DNA of 63,805 nt, counting the filler, from Lenisia limosa (taxonomy: Eukaryota; Protista; Breviatea): assembly GCA_001655205.1 (NCBI GenBank). It is 15 parts of 15 records of this genome, joined end to end, with 100 filler letters (N's around TTAATTAATTAA, not from the genome) between each part and the next. Parts side by side here need not be neighbours in the genome. Positions count along the whole stretch, not along the records: positions 1 to 29,373 come from LPNZ01008861.1; positions 29,474 to 31,295 come from LPNZ01003966.1; positions 31,396 to 35,553 come from LPNZ01000832.1; positions 35,654 to 36,816 come from LPNZ01009117.1; positions 36,917 to 41,978 come from LPNZ01008682.1; 10 more parts are not named here. One strand, given 5' to 3'. Of this stretch, positions 26,394 to 37,640 are shown piece after piece. Both the position numbers and the translations under genes were made by a program. Position 1 is the first letter of the stretch; every line of letters begins with the position of its first letter. The notes beneath the pieces were generated by a model that saw nothing but the letters and a program-made list of their open reading frames with translations, had not been told where the DNA came from and made no database searches.

Positions 26394-27003
26394 TTTGTTA
26401 TTGAGTTGTTGCTGATGACAAGCTGATGATTAGTTTCCGTACTTAAGAAGGAAGTGTGTTGTGTGAACGGGTAGAATTCTATCAGAAATCACCGAACCGG
26501 TCCCCTAACAGTCCTTCCACTGTCAACTGAGTCCTTTATTATATCTGCTGACTATTATGCCTTGATGGTGATGTATGCGGGGCAGCTACCAAGCAAGCGT
26601 TTCCAAAATCACCAAACTCAAAAAATCGTCCATCAGACGGGGACCCGGGGATCTCCCGGGTATATGAATGCGGGGCTACTCAAAGCATGGGGGGATTCAA
26701 TATTTCTTCTTGGAGAAGTGAAGAAGAGTGATTGATTGCTGTTTACCTGTTGGATCGTTGGATTACCTTTGGATATTCACTAATTACATATTACTACAGA
26801 CGATTATATTTGGGTGTATGTTGCTCTTGCTGTTTTTAGCAAGATCAACACTAAGATCTTCACGATCTTGTTCTTGTTTGATTTTTGGTTTTATCCTTTT
26901 TTTCATTCTTGTGTTCTCGAATGTATGCTATTGAGTGTGTGTACAATTTTTTTCGTAACTAAAAAGGGTGAAAGTAATTTAATGAAGATGTAAGCCAGAC
27001 AGA
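26394..27003. promoter_or_regulatory. Putative bidirectional promoter between the giant receptor (-) and the FG nucleoporin (+)
   Basis: Predicted ATGs diverge 610 bp apart; near-palindrome CCCGGGGATCTCCCGGG at ~26644-26660. Confidence 0.45.
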
Positions 27004-29155
27004 ATGTTCGGACAGAGCTCCTTCGGTATGCACAACGCTTAATTAAGCTTTTAAAATACAATGTGACCAATGTAGGAGCGGCAACGTTTGGGAAACCAAG
27101 TCCCTTCCAGCAACCGTCTTCCTTCTCTCTTGGCCAGTCTTCCTTTGGACAGCCACAAGCTCTCGCTGCTTCAGCGTTTGGACAACCACAGCAGCAACAA
27201 CAAACTCCTGGTAGGGGTCAATGGGGCGTATTCTTGCTCTTACATGGGTTCCCGTCTTCATTGTATGAGATGTCATTGTTATTGTTCGAAGCTCAGAAAA
27301 CGAAGATGATATTTCAGGATTTGGTCAGAGCGCATTTGGACAACCTCAACAGCCCCAGCAATCTGCCTTCGGGCAATCCTCATCTCCTTTTGCTCCGAAA
27401 CCGTCATCATTTGGCCAGCCCCAGACTCAGGCTCAACCAGCATTCGGCCAGCCAGCTTTCGGGCAAACCCAACAAACAAGCGCGTTTGGACAAACACAAC
27501 AGCAAACAAGCGCTTTTGGACAAACACAACAGCAAACAAGCGCCTTTGGTCAGCCTCAACAAACAAGCGCTTTTGGCCAGCCTCAACAGACAAGCGCTTT
27601 TGGCCAGACTCAACAAACAAGCGCCTTTGGTCAGCCTCAACAAACAAGCGCCTTTGGCCAGACTCAACAAACAAGCGCCTTTGGCCAGACTCAACAGAAA
27701 AGTGCTTTTGGTACTGCGCAATCTCAGGTTTGTGGTTCTCTTGATGGTCATTCAGTGGGAATCAATTATGGGGGTGGGGGGAAATTATCAAGGATTATGG
27801 AGTTCTTATCTAAAATTTTGCCCTCTGTGTTTTAATACAAGAAAAAATGTGGAATTTTCGACTCGTTGGCATTCTTTCATCTGCAAAGGGAAAATGGTAG
27901 AGTCTACGTACTCTGTACTGTGTTGTTCCTATTGCTTCCCTATGGTCCAAAAAAACGATATAATATCGATATTTATCGAGGATTTAAATTCAGTCTTTTT
28001 TGACCGTAGGGAAGCTCTAGTTGTTCCCCTAATTGTATTTTTTTTTTAACGACTCGTTATTCTGAAATAGTGAATTCAAAATATTTCGTTTTTTTGTTGA
28101 CGTTTCAGCCCTCAGCCTTTGGACAATCAACTTTTGGAGGACAGGGCGCTTTCGGTACCCAAAAAGTTGGTTCATTGCAACTTAATGTTTACATGTAGAC
28201 AGGTTCATTCTTTTATCAAATTACATGTATATTCACTACACGGTATTTTTTGTAAGTATATCAATAAAATATATCAGATGTGGTATAATTGGTCTTTACC
28301 GTATATTCACAATCTCAGACGTCAGCTTTCGGCCAGCAAGTGTACAGTGCTAAGGTATTTGAGATTGAGTTTAAAGCGATAAGTGGTGAATGCAAATAGC
28401 AAAGAGTGGTTTTGAGTGAAAAAGCTTGATCATATTTTCCTTCCATTTTCCAGTTTCCGGTACCAGACTGGCTGCCAATGAGTTCTTTAAAGCTCATTTC
28501 ATCATTCAGCCACCCCGAAAACGTGATGAAGAATTGACGGTTGAGGAAGTATCGAAAGTTTGTGGGTATTTGGCCAGAATATGTAATATGTAATATGTAC
28601 TTGTTGGTGTTCCTTGATGATATAAGGTATCCAAACAAATTAGCAATATTGTATCACTTTTCCCTATTCTGAGGCGTTTCATTTCACTAAATGGATATAT
28701 TGTAATGTTGTTAAAAAGATAGATTGGTTTTTATCTTATAATATCCCTTATTCTATACACTTTAATGATAGTTTTAATACACTGTTGTTCTCACTCAAAC
28801 TCCACTAGGTCATTGCGAAGCATGCCAATTACCCGATTCCATGGCCAGCCACTTGCTTTGGTCCCTTTATGGTTGGGGGGGGGGGGTGTTGATNNNNNNN
28901 NNNNNNNNNNNNNNNNNNNNNNNNNNNNNNNNNNNNNNNNNNNNNNNNNNNNNNNNNNNNNNNNNNNNNNNNNNNNNNNNNNNNNNNNNNNNNNNNNNAA
29001 ATTGACTGACTTGTCTGGTGTGTTCAATTTCCACACATTATCCCATTGAAATTATGGATTAGGAAAGACAATGTCTTTTCAACCAAGACTTCAGCCCTGA
29101 AGAAGCCCGTATTTTGGCATACGCTGCTCGAGGGCAGCAGACGCTTGAGCAACAT
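27004..29155 (+). CDS. FG-repeat nucleoporin, NUPL2/CG1/Nup42/AMO1-like (3' truncated by scaffold end)
   Basis: Starts MFGQSSFG/AATFGKPSPF; many SAFGQ repeats; then HANYPIPWPATCFGPF (~28820-28871) and NQDFSPEEARILAY (~29070-29155), matching the W..S.YGP...SPEE.RL core of NUPL2/AMO1. Confidence 0.7.
27470..27715 (+). repeat. Coding tandem repeat of 27-30 nt units (QTSAFGQ[T/P]Q)
   Basis: About 8-9 near-identical CAAACAAGCGCYTTTGGHCAGMCTCAA units. Confidence 0.95.
27933..28020. mobile_element. MITE family A (A2)
   Basis: GCTTCCCTATGGTCC...GACCGTAGGGAAGCTCTA in a nucleoporin intron. Confidence 0.8.
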
Positions 29156-29373
29156 GTAAGCTGGCCCCTTCAGAGAATAAACAAATTTGGGTAAATATTT
29201 CAGATTCACAATATGTTATGAAGATATGTAATCTCCATTAGTACTCTACGCTTGTGTGAAATGCAAAAACTATAGTATATCATATATCATAGTATATAAT
29301 ATATCATTTAATGTGGTATTATATTATGTAGAGATGAGAAATAAAACTAGGATGAATCCGGCCGAAGCCGTCC

Positions 29374-29473
29374 NNNNNNNNNNNNNNNNNNNNNNNNNNN
29401 NNNNNNNNNNNNNNNNNTTAATTAATTAANNNNNNNNNNNNNNNNNNNNNNNNNNNNNNNNNNNNNNNNNNNN
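29374..29473. other. Artificial scaffold-joining spacer N44-TTAATTAATTAA-N44 (first of 14)
   Basis: Same six-frame-stop 12-mer at 29418, 31340, 35598, 36861, 42023, 44141, 47466, 50115, 53072, 54381, 55882, 58926, 60818, 62157, each embedded in N runs. Confidence 0.97.
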
Positions 29474-29785
29474 GCACCTTGCCCAAGACAGCGCTCTTGA
29501 CAGCAACAGACCCGAAAATGCCTTGGAAATGGAAGCCGAAGAAATTCCGAGTTCTAGGACACCTTCGCCTGTGGTTGGGTGGTGTTTTTGATATTGTTTC
29601 AATAAGTCTCATTTCACTCCAATCAGAAAATGCTAGAATTTACCCCCCTCCCATCACAAACGACAATTTAACTGCGGGCAATTGACCTGGGCTTTGTTAG
29701 TTGTTGTTTTCAGCCCTCATAGTATTTAGCCGACAGAGTTAATTCAGGGTTTCCAGTGGTGTTCATTCTGACCCTCCCCCCTCAG

Positions 29786-31161
29786 CCGCTCCCAAACCTC
29801 GGAGGAACGCCCCCTCAGCCGTTGGCGTTCACAGCCTCACAATCGTGGGAGTCTTCCGGACCAAAAAAGGCATTATCCGTGAATATGCCACGGCGGCATG
29901 CAGCACAACATTCCTCCGTCACAATCACTCGCAACACATCATCGAACACGTCATTCATGTCTGTCACAGTTGATGACCCTTGTGCCTATCTCCAGAGCTT
30001 CAACGGTAATATTGCCGCCGCCGTGGCCAGTCTTCTTGCTGGCGAAACGGTCTCGCCGCTTTTGGTGTCGGAAGTGGCGTGGCACTTCCGATACGTTTTC
30101 GACGTCCGCCGTGCTCCGGCCCGGGTTGATCCCATTTTGCGCTATACGATTTTGAGGCTTCAGGCGCTTTCAACTATCTGTTGGGGGGGGGGTAGCTATA
30201 TGTAATATTAGTAGGAACTAGCTGTGTGTAAATATCTCTTAATAGCGTGATGGTGTGCGGCTTCCCTACGGTCCGAAAAAGACCGTGAATATATCGATAT
30301 TTATCGCGGATTTATCGAGAAATTCAGTCTTTTTTTGGGACCGTAGGGAAGCCCTAATTATGACATTATCCCTGAAACGTAATGCGTGATGGAGTTAACG
30401 TAAATTTACTCCCCCCACCCCCCAGGCCAGACCGCTAAGGGCCCAGGTGTGTTCAAGGACGCCATAACGGAGCGGTTCCCCACACTTCTTAAGTCCGCGT
30501 CCGCACTCGTCAACAAGCTCAAACCCTCGGTGGGAATTATCGTGTTTTATGGTTCTGTGGGAATTATTGTGTTTTATGGTTCTGTGGGAATTATCATGTA
30601 TTATGGTTCTCAATTTTAGAGTTGTTTTGTTTATTTGCTTCTCGTGTCTTACAATTCTCCATCAAAATATCTGTCACCCCCAACCATAAAGAGAGTGATG
30701 GGATGCGGTGCTGCAGAAGTGACAGGTTTGGGCTTTTGATTTTGGGCTTTTGTTTTTTTTCGTAAATTTTCCATTTTACACATTTGGGTGATCTAGCGGT
30801 GGTGGGACTCTTCAAAGGCTGGCTCGGGCTTGTTTTTGTTTTTGTGTTTTTGTCNNNNNNNNNNNNNNNNNNNNNNNNNNNNNNNNNNNNNNNNNNNNNN
30901 NNNNNNNNNNNNNNNNNNNNNNNNNNNNNNNNNNNNNNNNNNNNNNNNNNNNNNNNNNNNNNNNNNNNNNNNNNNNNNNNNNNNNNNNNNNNNNNNNNNN
31001 NNNNNNNNNNNNNNNNNNNNNNNNNNNNNNNNNNNNNNNNNNNNNNNNNNNNNCAATGGTTCGAAGCTTACAGTCGGCTCTCGTGGCCACACTGGAGATC
31101 TCCTCGTCTTCAGGCACCTTGTACAGCACCGTCAAGACGTATCTCGACTCTCTAGATTACG
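29786..31161 (+). CDS. Unknown protein fragment with a possible UBA-like motif
   Basis: Exon 29786-30179 (DDPCAYLQSFNGNIAAAVASLL resembles UBA-like helices) splices in frame across intron 30180-30425 to CQTAKGPGVFKDAITERFPTLLK; a later exon reads MVRSLQSALVATLEISSSSG. Confidence 0.5.
30258..30356. mobile_element. MITE family A (A2) fused to a family B fragment
   Basis: CGGCTTCCCTACGGTCCGAAAAAGACCG...GGACCGTAGGGAAGCCCTA. Confidence 0.85.
30530..30610 (+). repeat. Tandem repeat, 3 x 27 bp, starting at a splice donor
   Basis: GTGGGAATTATCGTGTTTTATGGTTCT x3. Confidence 0.9.
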
Positions 31162-31700
31162 GTAAATATGGGGCTTCACTTCGGTTCAAAAAAAGACCAG
31201 TAACATATCGATAGTTTTCGACGAGTTATGAACCGAAGTTATGGTTTCAACATGAAAAGAATTCTTGGTTTTAGTATTTCAGCACCCCCCCCCCCNNNNN
31301 NNNNNNNNNNNNNNNNNNNNNNNNNNNNNNNNNNNNNNNTTAATTAATTAANNNNNNNNNNNNNNNNNNNNNNNNNNNNNNNNNNNNNNNNNNNNGCAAC
31401 AGCCACAAAGGGGAGACGGTGATGGAACAAGGCCGCTCGGACGGGAAGAGAAGAGGAAAACAGGGGGTTGAGTGTACTAAGAGAAGTGAGAACAATTATG
31501 ATTAGAGGGATAACCAAGAAGCAGATAATTGCCTCCATCCAGTGGGGATTCTCCTCTCGACTTTTCAATAATCCAAAAAGAGCAGTTTTAGACCGAGAAT
31601 AGGAGAATCACAAACTATCTATGCATAAAAAAAAAAAAATTCCATCTTCACTCGTGATAAACGAAGCTTCATACACTAAGTACAGAATTACCCTCCTCCA

Positions 31701-34630
31701 TCATCCAAGCCTCCCAATATTCAACCGAGCCTCCCACGGATTATCCAGGTTGAGACTGGACACATTCCAGAGATAAGACTGTCCTGAGAGATCTCCAGAA
31801 ACAAGGGTAGTTCCCGAGCTTGGGTGGTAGGAGAGGGCCGAAGCTGTGGGGTAATGGGAGAAAAGAGGCATGCTATTTGCTTTATTCTAAACAATACAGG
31901 AAATTATGCATGTCCCAAACAACAAAAACAATCAATGTTTCAAAGCCCACTGTCTGTACTGTGCACCTTGATACGAGTGACAACGGAGTTTGGTTTCCTA
32001 AAATCCAGTAAGAAATATACACATCAAAAGCCAAATTAACTAAAGCAAAGAACTCGTATCTATAGTCACGTTCAAATATAAGATTAGATCCGAAAAGCCA
32101 CAGACCTGTCATCAAACAAGTACACCAGCCCATTCTCAGCAGCACATGTGATAAGATGCGGCGAAGTTGGATGAGAGATCAGCCCCGTAAGTCCAAGCTC
32201 CATGCTTCAGGGTGATCAATTATTGGAAAAGGAGGGATTTTCATTGGTAATTAAACAATTGACATAAGGAAGGTCAAACCGATGCTGATGATCAATCAAA
32301 CAACAGGTTTAAATATATTACAAAGAATACCAATATTTTGTTTTGAATATGTCCTTGGAAATTCAGTTCAACTGACTCCTCACCTCTTGTAAACTTCCGT
32401 CGCAGCCTCTGACGTTCTAATATCGTACGTCATAACTTGCCCCAAGGTTGAGGCCACTGCTAGCACTTGGGGCATGATGAAGTCCAATCCGCTGACTAGG
32501 AGGGGGAGGGGGGGTAAACACTATTTTGGAAATGAGAAAACAGAAATTGAAACCCTTTGATGAATTCCAATCAACCTCCCCTTACCAGAGGCCCTATCAG
32601 TGGTCATAAAAGAAGACACTTCAGCATCTTCATTGAAGTTGTATACAACCGCCTGGCCGTCATCGTACCCTGCGGTCATAAGTCGGGATTAGCTTGGGAA
32701 CGTAAAAACACGTAGAATTTTGATACATAGGGTATTTTTGATTTATATGAAAATGGGGTTGTTTATAGTGCGGCGTTAGTAGAAATTTTAAGAACATTCG
32801 TGTCCACCTATTTTCCTTGGGAAATCCCAAAGCAAATCGGGAACAAGGTTGTATCCGGCCGAAGCCGTCCACACTAACTATTTGGGTTTAACTTCGCAAA
32901 CCCCCCTCCCCCCAGCCCACCCGAAGCAAATATTTCACTATGTTTATTGACACTGCAGCACGACGCTGTGCCTGAACTGCTGTTGGGGGCCATCCACGTC
33001 TTCTCAATTGACATTTCCGACTGGGGGGGGGGGGTAAATGCCGAAATAATAAAACAAAATATGGCGGTAGAAAAGAATTACATCTTCAAAAGAATCTAAC
33101 TAAATGTAATATTGATTATGTTTTAAGCGGGAAGGGGGTAAAATACTGTTTGTGAATTAATAAACAAAAGAGAGAAACAAAACCTTGCGATTAGAAGAAA
33201 AATGATTGCAAAATCTGAAGATAAACACTTGCAAAGAAAAGGGAAGTTTTTAGTTAGAGACATTGGATGACTTGAATAAATTAGAAAAGAAAAACTCAAA
33301 ACATTATGTTAAGAAAAATGCCTTTAAGAGGTCAAATTATGTCAGTTACCATTGAAAAGGGGAACGGGTATCCTGGCGTGAAACAGTTTCCTTTCACTAT
33401 ATACAGGCCTGTGCAACCCATATAAGTTAAGAAATTCTCTCACCTCATTGAATAACAAATGACTCGAACCATCCTTGCACGCTGCAATCGTATACGCTTG
33501 GAACGGCTTACACTAAAAAGAATTACATATCAACGTTAAACTACGAAACAACTGTTGTCGTTTCAGGACATGATACAAACCAGAGAAAAAAAACAGGTGT
33601 TTATTTGTTATTAGACCAAACCTTGATCCATCTAAATCCAAAATGAAAGTATAGCAGACCCCCTCTAGTTCAAGAACCATCAATACCCACTTCAAGAGCC
33701 AAAACGTCCGATTCAAAGGTAACGGACGAGCATACGAGGGCCTCATCCAGTGTTTCTAACTGCGTTGAATATGCTTCAATAGTACTTTTCTGCCAAAGTA
33801 AGAGTAGAAGAAGGGGTGACCCACCTTTTGCCCTGATGATGCTACGTAGATCACACTGTCATCCTGAGAGCTCGAGCCCCAGCTGGCGCACCCGATTGGA
33901 AAACTACAATAAATTGAAGGATGCCTACTACCTTCCATATCGCTAGTAGAACAAAAGAGGGGGCAATCACAAATTTGAAACAAAAAGGAAAATTCCGGCG
34001 CTATACCTGTGTATTTAAACTAAATTTTTTTATGACAATTTCTTTTTCCCGTACTTACCGTATGCATTCTTCTATAGGATAGTGTATAACATGTGTGGGT
34101 AGAGCTGTTAATACCAAGCAAGGGAGGCATACGTGCGGAAAAGCCTGGCTTTGAAAGCATAGCGTCGAACTTGAACATCTCTTCTATTATTCTCCAAAAC
34201 TAAGCTGTTACAAGCAAATACTGATATATTTCTCTTTGTTTGATGATTTGACGCGTGACCTTAAGGGCTGTGGCCTCATTACCACCCTCTGCTAAGTAAA
34301 AGGCTTCTGTTACGAGTCTGCTACTGGGTGCTTGTTTCTTAAGAAGGCGACAGATTCCTCAAAATAGTTAGAATGCTTCCTTTCCACGCCTCTCCACCTC
34401 TCCCCACCTGTATGTTGTTTATTCATCCCTATATCTTCATTTTTAAGCAGGCTCAGGTGAATGCACTTGGTCACACGCGCCTCCCACCCACGATAAAAAG
34501 ACATCTTAGGTCTCGTGTCTCGGACTTGCTGTCCTTCTCCTGGTACTTCCAGGAGGGATATTAATACTAAAGAAGAATAATATGCCTTCAAGGTACATCC
34601 TAACTTCATAACCAGACTCAACGCTGATGG
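31701..34630 (-). CDS. WD40-repeat protein (multi-exon, 5' end unresolved)
   Basis: Exons read CSVNKHSEIFASG / GYDDGQAVVYNF, VSGLDFIMPQVLAVASTLGQVMTYDIR, GDLSGQSYLWNV..; TGA at 31701-31703. Confidence 0.6.
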
Positions 34631-35036
34631 AAAATCCTCACACAGCCAATTTCCCTGTTGTCAAACATAATATTATTATTGGTAGTTTTTTATCCATCAA
34701 CGTTGATGTAAATTGTAAATTTTGGGTCAAATGGTCAAATATGTCAGTGTCTGTTAAAACATAAGAAACCAAGGGTAGACAGTTCTTTCCCCCAAGGAGC
34801 AACCCTCAAGTCATTCCGGGTCCGGGCTTTTTGTTTCAAAGCTCGGTTTTCCAAAGCTCGGTTTTCCTTCTAGCTGAACGCTGCTTCATGCTGTGACTTG
34901 GTCTTTCTCATGATGCTATCAACCCATCCATATCTATTACCATTCAATCCTAGTTTTGATTTGGGTAACCATTGGGTAACCATGTTGGTTCATTTGTTCA
35001 AACTGACTCACGTATACCATCAGTTGTTATGGTTAT

Positions 35037-35137
35037 TAGAGCTTCACTTCCGGTTCGAAAAAGACCGGTAAATTATCGATAGTTTTCGAGGTTTTATCGA
35101 GAAATTCAGTCTTTTTCGAACCGAAGAGTGAAGCTCT
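35037..35137. mobile_element. MITE family A
   Basis: TAGAGCTTCACTTCCGGTTCGAAAAAGACC...CTTTTTCGAACCGAAGAGTGAAGCTCT. Confidence 0.85.
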
Positions 35138-35982
35138 CGCATAAATATGTTGCTGGCAACCACTGCATTTGTGCCTTTTGTCCCTCCCCTCAATAATCCT
35201 GCCATTACAAATACACTAATATACATTGTTACATGGCTCAAGAAAAACAAAGGCACAAACACAAACACCTAATACTCATAATAAATATTCTACTCGGATT
35301 CCTGAAAAGTTAAAAAAAGAGATTGGGTTAAAGTCAAATGTACTCCTGAACTGTTCGCGAATATACATTGATTGTTTGCCTTTTCAAAATTCTGGTGAAC
35401 ACTCATGCAAATCATCCCCCCCCCCCCCCACCAAACAATGTCCCCTTATTCGCCCAAGGAAGGCTGCGGCTTTGGCGATGTTTCTCTCTCTTTCGTCGCC
35501 TTCTGAACGGGTTAACCGCAATGGGGAGGAGCATGTGACAATTAAAAGGGATANNNNNNNNNNNNNNNNNNNNNNNNNNNNNNNNNNNNNNNNNNNNTTA
35601 ATTAATTAANNNNNNNNNNNNNNNNNNNNNNNNNNNNNNNNNNNNNNNNNNNNTCTCTATCACCAGTTTTGGATGTATTGTGTAATTCTCCTTAGTTCTA
35701 CTCCAGCCTGTGCATGTTGCGAGAAGGCTGTTACGGCACAGCCTTCGTCTTTCACCAAAGTATCCAACTTTTTGAAATTAGTTGCAAAGAAAACTATACT
35801 TTTTACTGAGCTTGAAAGTTTTTTTCAAGGCTTCTGCATCTGTAAACCTTGTCTTCNNNNNNNNNNGTCAAGAAGGTGAGCTGAACATGTTTATGTAAAT
35901 GATATCGAAACAAGCAATAATGACACTCCATATCATATCATATGTAATGTAATGGTCATATTATAACATTATAACATCTCTA

Positions 35983-36690
35983 TCACCAGTTTTGGATGTA
36001 TTGTGTAATTCTCCTTAGTTCTACTCCAGCCTGTGCGTGTTGCGAGAAGGCTGTTACGGCACAGCCTTCGTCTTTCACCAAAGTATCCAACTTTTTGAAA
36101 TTAGTTGCCACTGCAAAGAAAACTTTACTTTTTACTGAGCTTGAAAGGTTTTTTCAAGGCTTCTGCATCTGTAAACCTTGTCTTCTCAAGCTGAACGCGC
36201 AATTTCCAGGTATAACACGGATATATATATGTATGTACGTACATGTATGTGTATATAATATGCATAAATATTGTAACCAAATAGCTTTTGCATTTAATCA
36301 TTGTTTAGAATTCCCCAATTACTCAAGTCTCTCCGGTGCTTCAACAACAGCTGTTGCCCGGCAAGCAAAGGAGGTCCACGAGTCCCGGCCAAAATCCGGA
36401 TTGGGAAGGTGCTCTGGTTCGTCCGAAGGTCTTTGTGGAGCTTCCTTTGTCCTCCCTCATCTTGTGGTACTGCCCACTAAGGTTTTTGATGACAACTAGG
36501 AGGTGAACTTCAAATGATATTGGACTTACAGAAAGAAGTGTTTGGATTTTCTATGGGAGAGAGTGTGTTCCATACCCATGTCAGAAGCGATTGAAAAAAT
36601 GGAATAAATCTGTGCGTGTGTTGGCAATTTGAAGAATTCTTCCTTTTTCTTCCTTAGTTCCAATCTCAACCATTCAAGTTCATTTTGCGC
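35983..36690 (-). CDS. Unknown helical protein, 3' exons
   Basis: AQNELEWLRLELRRK and ATNFKKLDTLVKDEGCAVTAFSQHAQAGVELRRITQYIQNW*; middle exon frames are ambiguous. Confidence 0.4.
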
Positions 36691-37069
36691 CTAACAATGA
36701 GTCATTTTTCAAAAACAACAACAAAAAGGGTAATTTACAAAACCTTTGTGCTTCCTCCCAACCCTTACCTTGTCTGAAAGAGAATGAAATGCCTTTTCGA
36801 AGGGATCCATCGCTTTNNNNNNNNNNNNNNNNNNNNNNNNNNNNNNNNNNNNNNNNNNNNTTAATTAATTAANNNNNNNNNNNNNNNNNNNNNNNNNNNN
36901 NNNNNNNNNNNNNNNNCAATTATGGCTGATAGATTTGGAATTCATTGATTTGATCTCCTTCCCCCAAAGGAAATGTGGTACTTTTTTCTCACCAGACATA
37001 TATTATGTGTGTGCTGTTTAGATAGGGTTTTATTATGCCTCTAATATGTAGATATATTTTACAATTACA

Positions 37070-37640
37070 GGACTGCCAAAAACTTGAAGCGCTTCGCATT
37101 GAAATCCGACATAATGAGGGTTTCTATAAAATGGCAATTGAAGAACAGATATGTTCCCTCTTTCACTTAGCAAGAGTGACTAACTCAGACCTTAGTCAAA
37201 GAACTGCCGCTTTTCTCCTCAAGGTTACCCCAGAAGCAAGAAGGAGGCAAATGGTTGAAGAAATCAAGGATGAAGTAGCGGTCAAAAAGAAGGAAGAGAA
37301 GCGTTTGAAGAAACAAGGTAACCAGGGTTACATTTTGCTGAAAGTTTATATCTTTTCATTCGTTGTAACTGTTTCTTTAGCTCGGAAAGCGGAAATGGAA
37401 AAGGTTGCCGAAAAGAAAAAGGAAGAANNNNNNNNNNCGTAACTGTTTCTTTAGCTCGGAAAGCGGAAATGGAAAAGGTTGCCGAAAAGAAAAAAGGAAG
37501 AACAGCGCCTCAAAGCTATTGGTTGGATTTTGATAATAATGTGAAATANNNNNNNNNNAAATAATGTGAAATAATATAGTATTTGGTCTAATTTATATTT
37601 GCTAAGAAACATCAAGAAGCTTGGTACGCGCCTTTAATTC
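37070..37640 (+). CDS. Unknown Lys/Glu-rich coiled-coil protein fragment
   Basis: DCQKLEALRIEIRHNEGFYKMAIEEQ...VEEIKDEVAVKKKEEKRLKKQ / ARKAEMEKVAEKKKEEQRLK with GT-AG boundaries. Confidence 0.45.

Noticed and set aside
27063-28049. 328-aa ORF with KQAPLARLN repeats and the antisense repeat ORFs
   Set aside because: Alternative frames of the FG minisatellite exon; the FG frame has consistent splice phases.
30697-30730. ATGGGATGCGGTGCTGCAGAAG in family D as an MGCG lipidation-signal micro-ORF
   Set aside because: The frame is broken in other copies (58990, 62213), so it is not conserved as coding.
36109-36135. A 25-nt mini-intron whose acceptor is deleted in the other haplotype copy
   Set aside because: Upstream frame not established; cannot be supported without transcripts.
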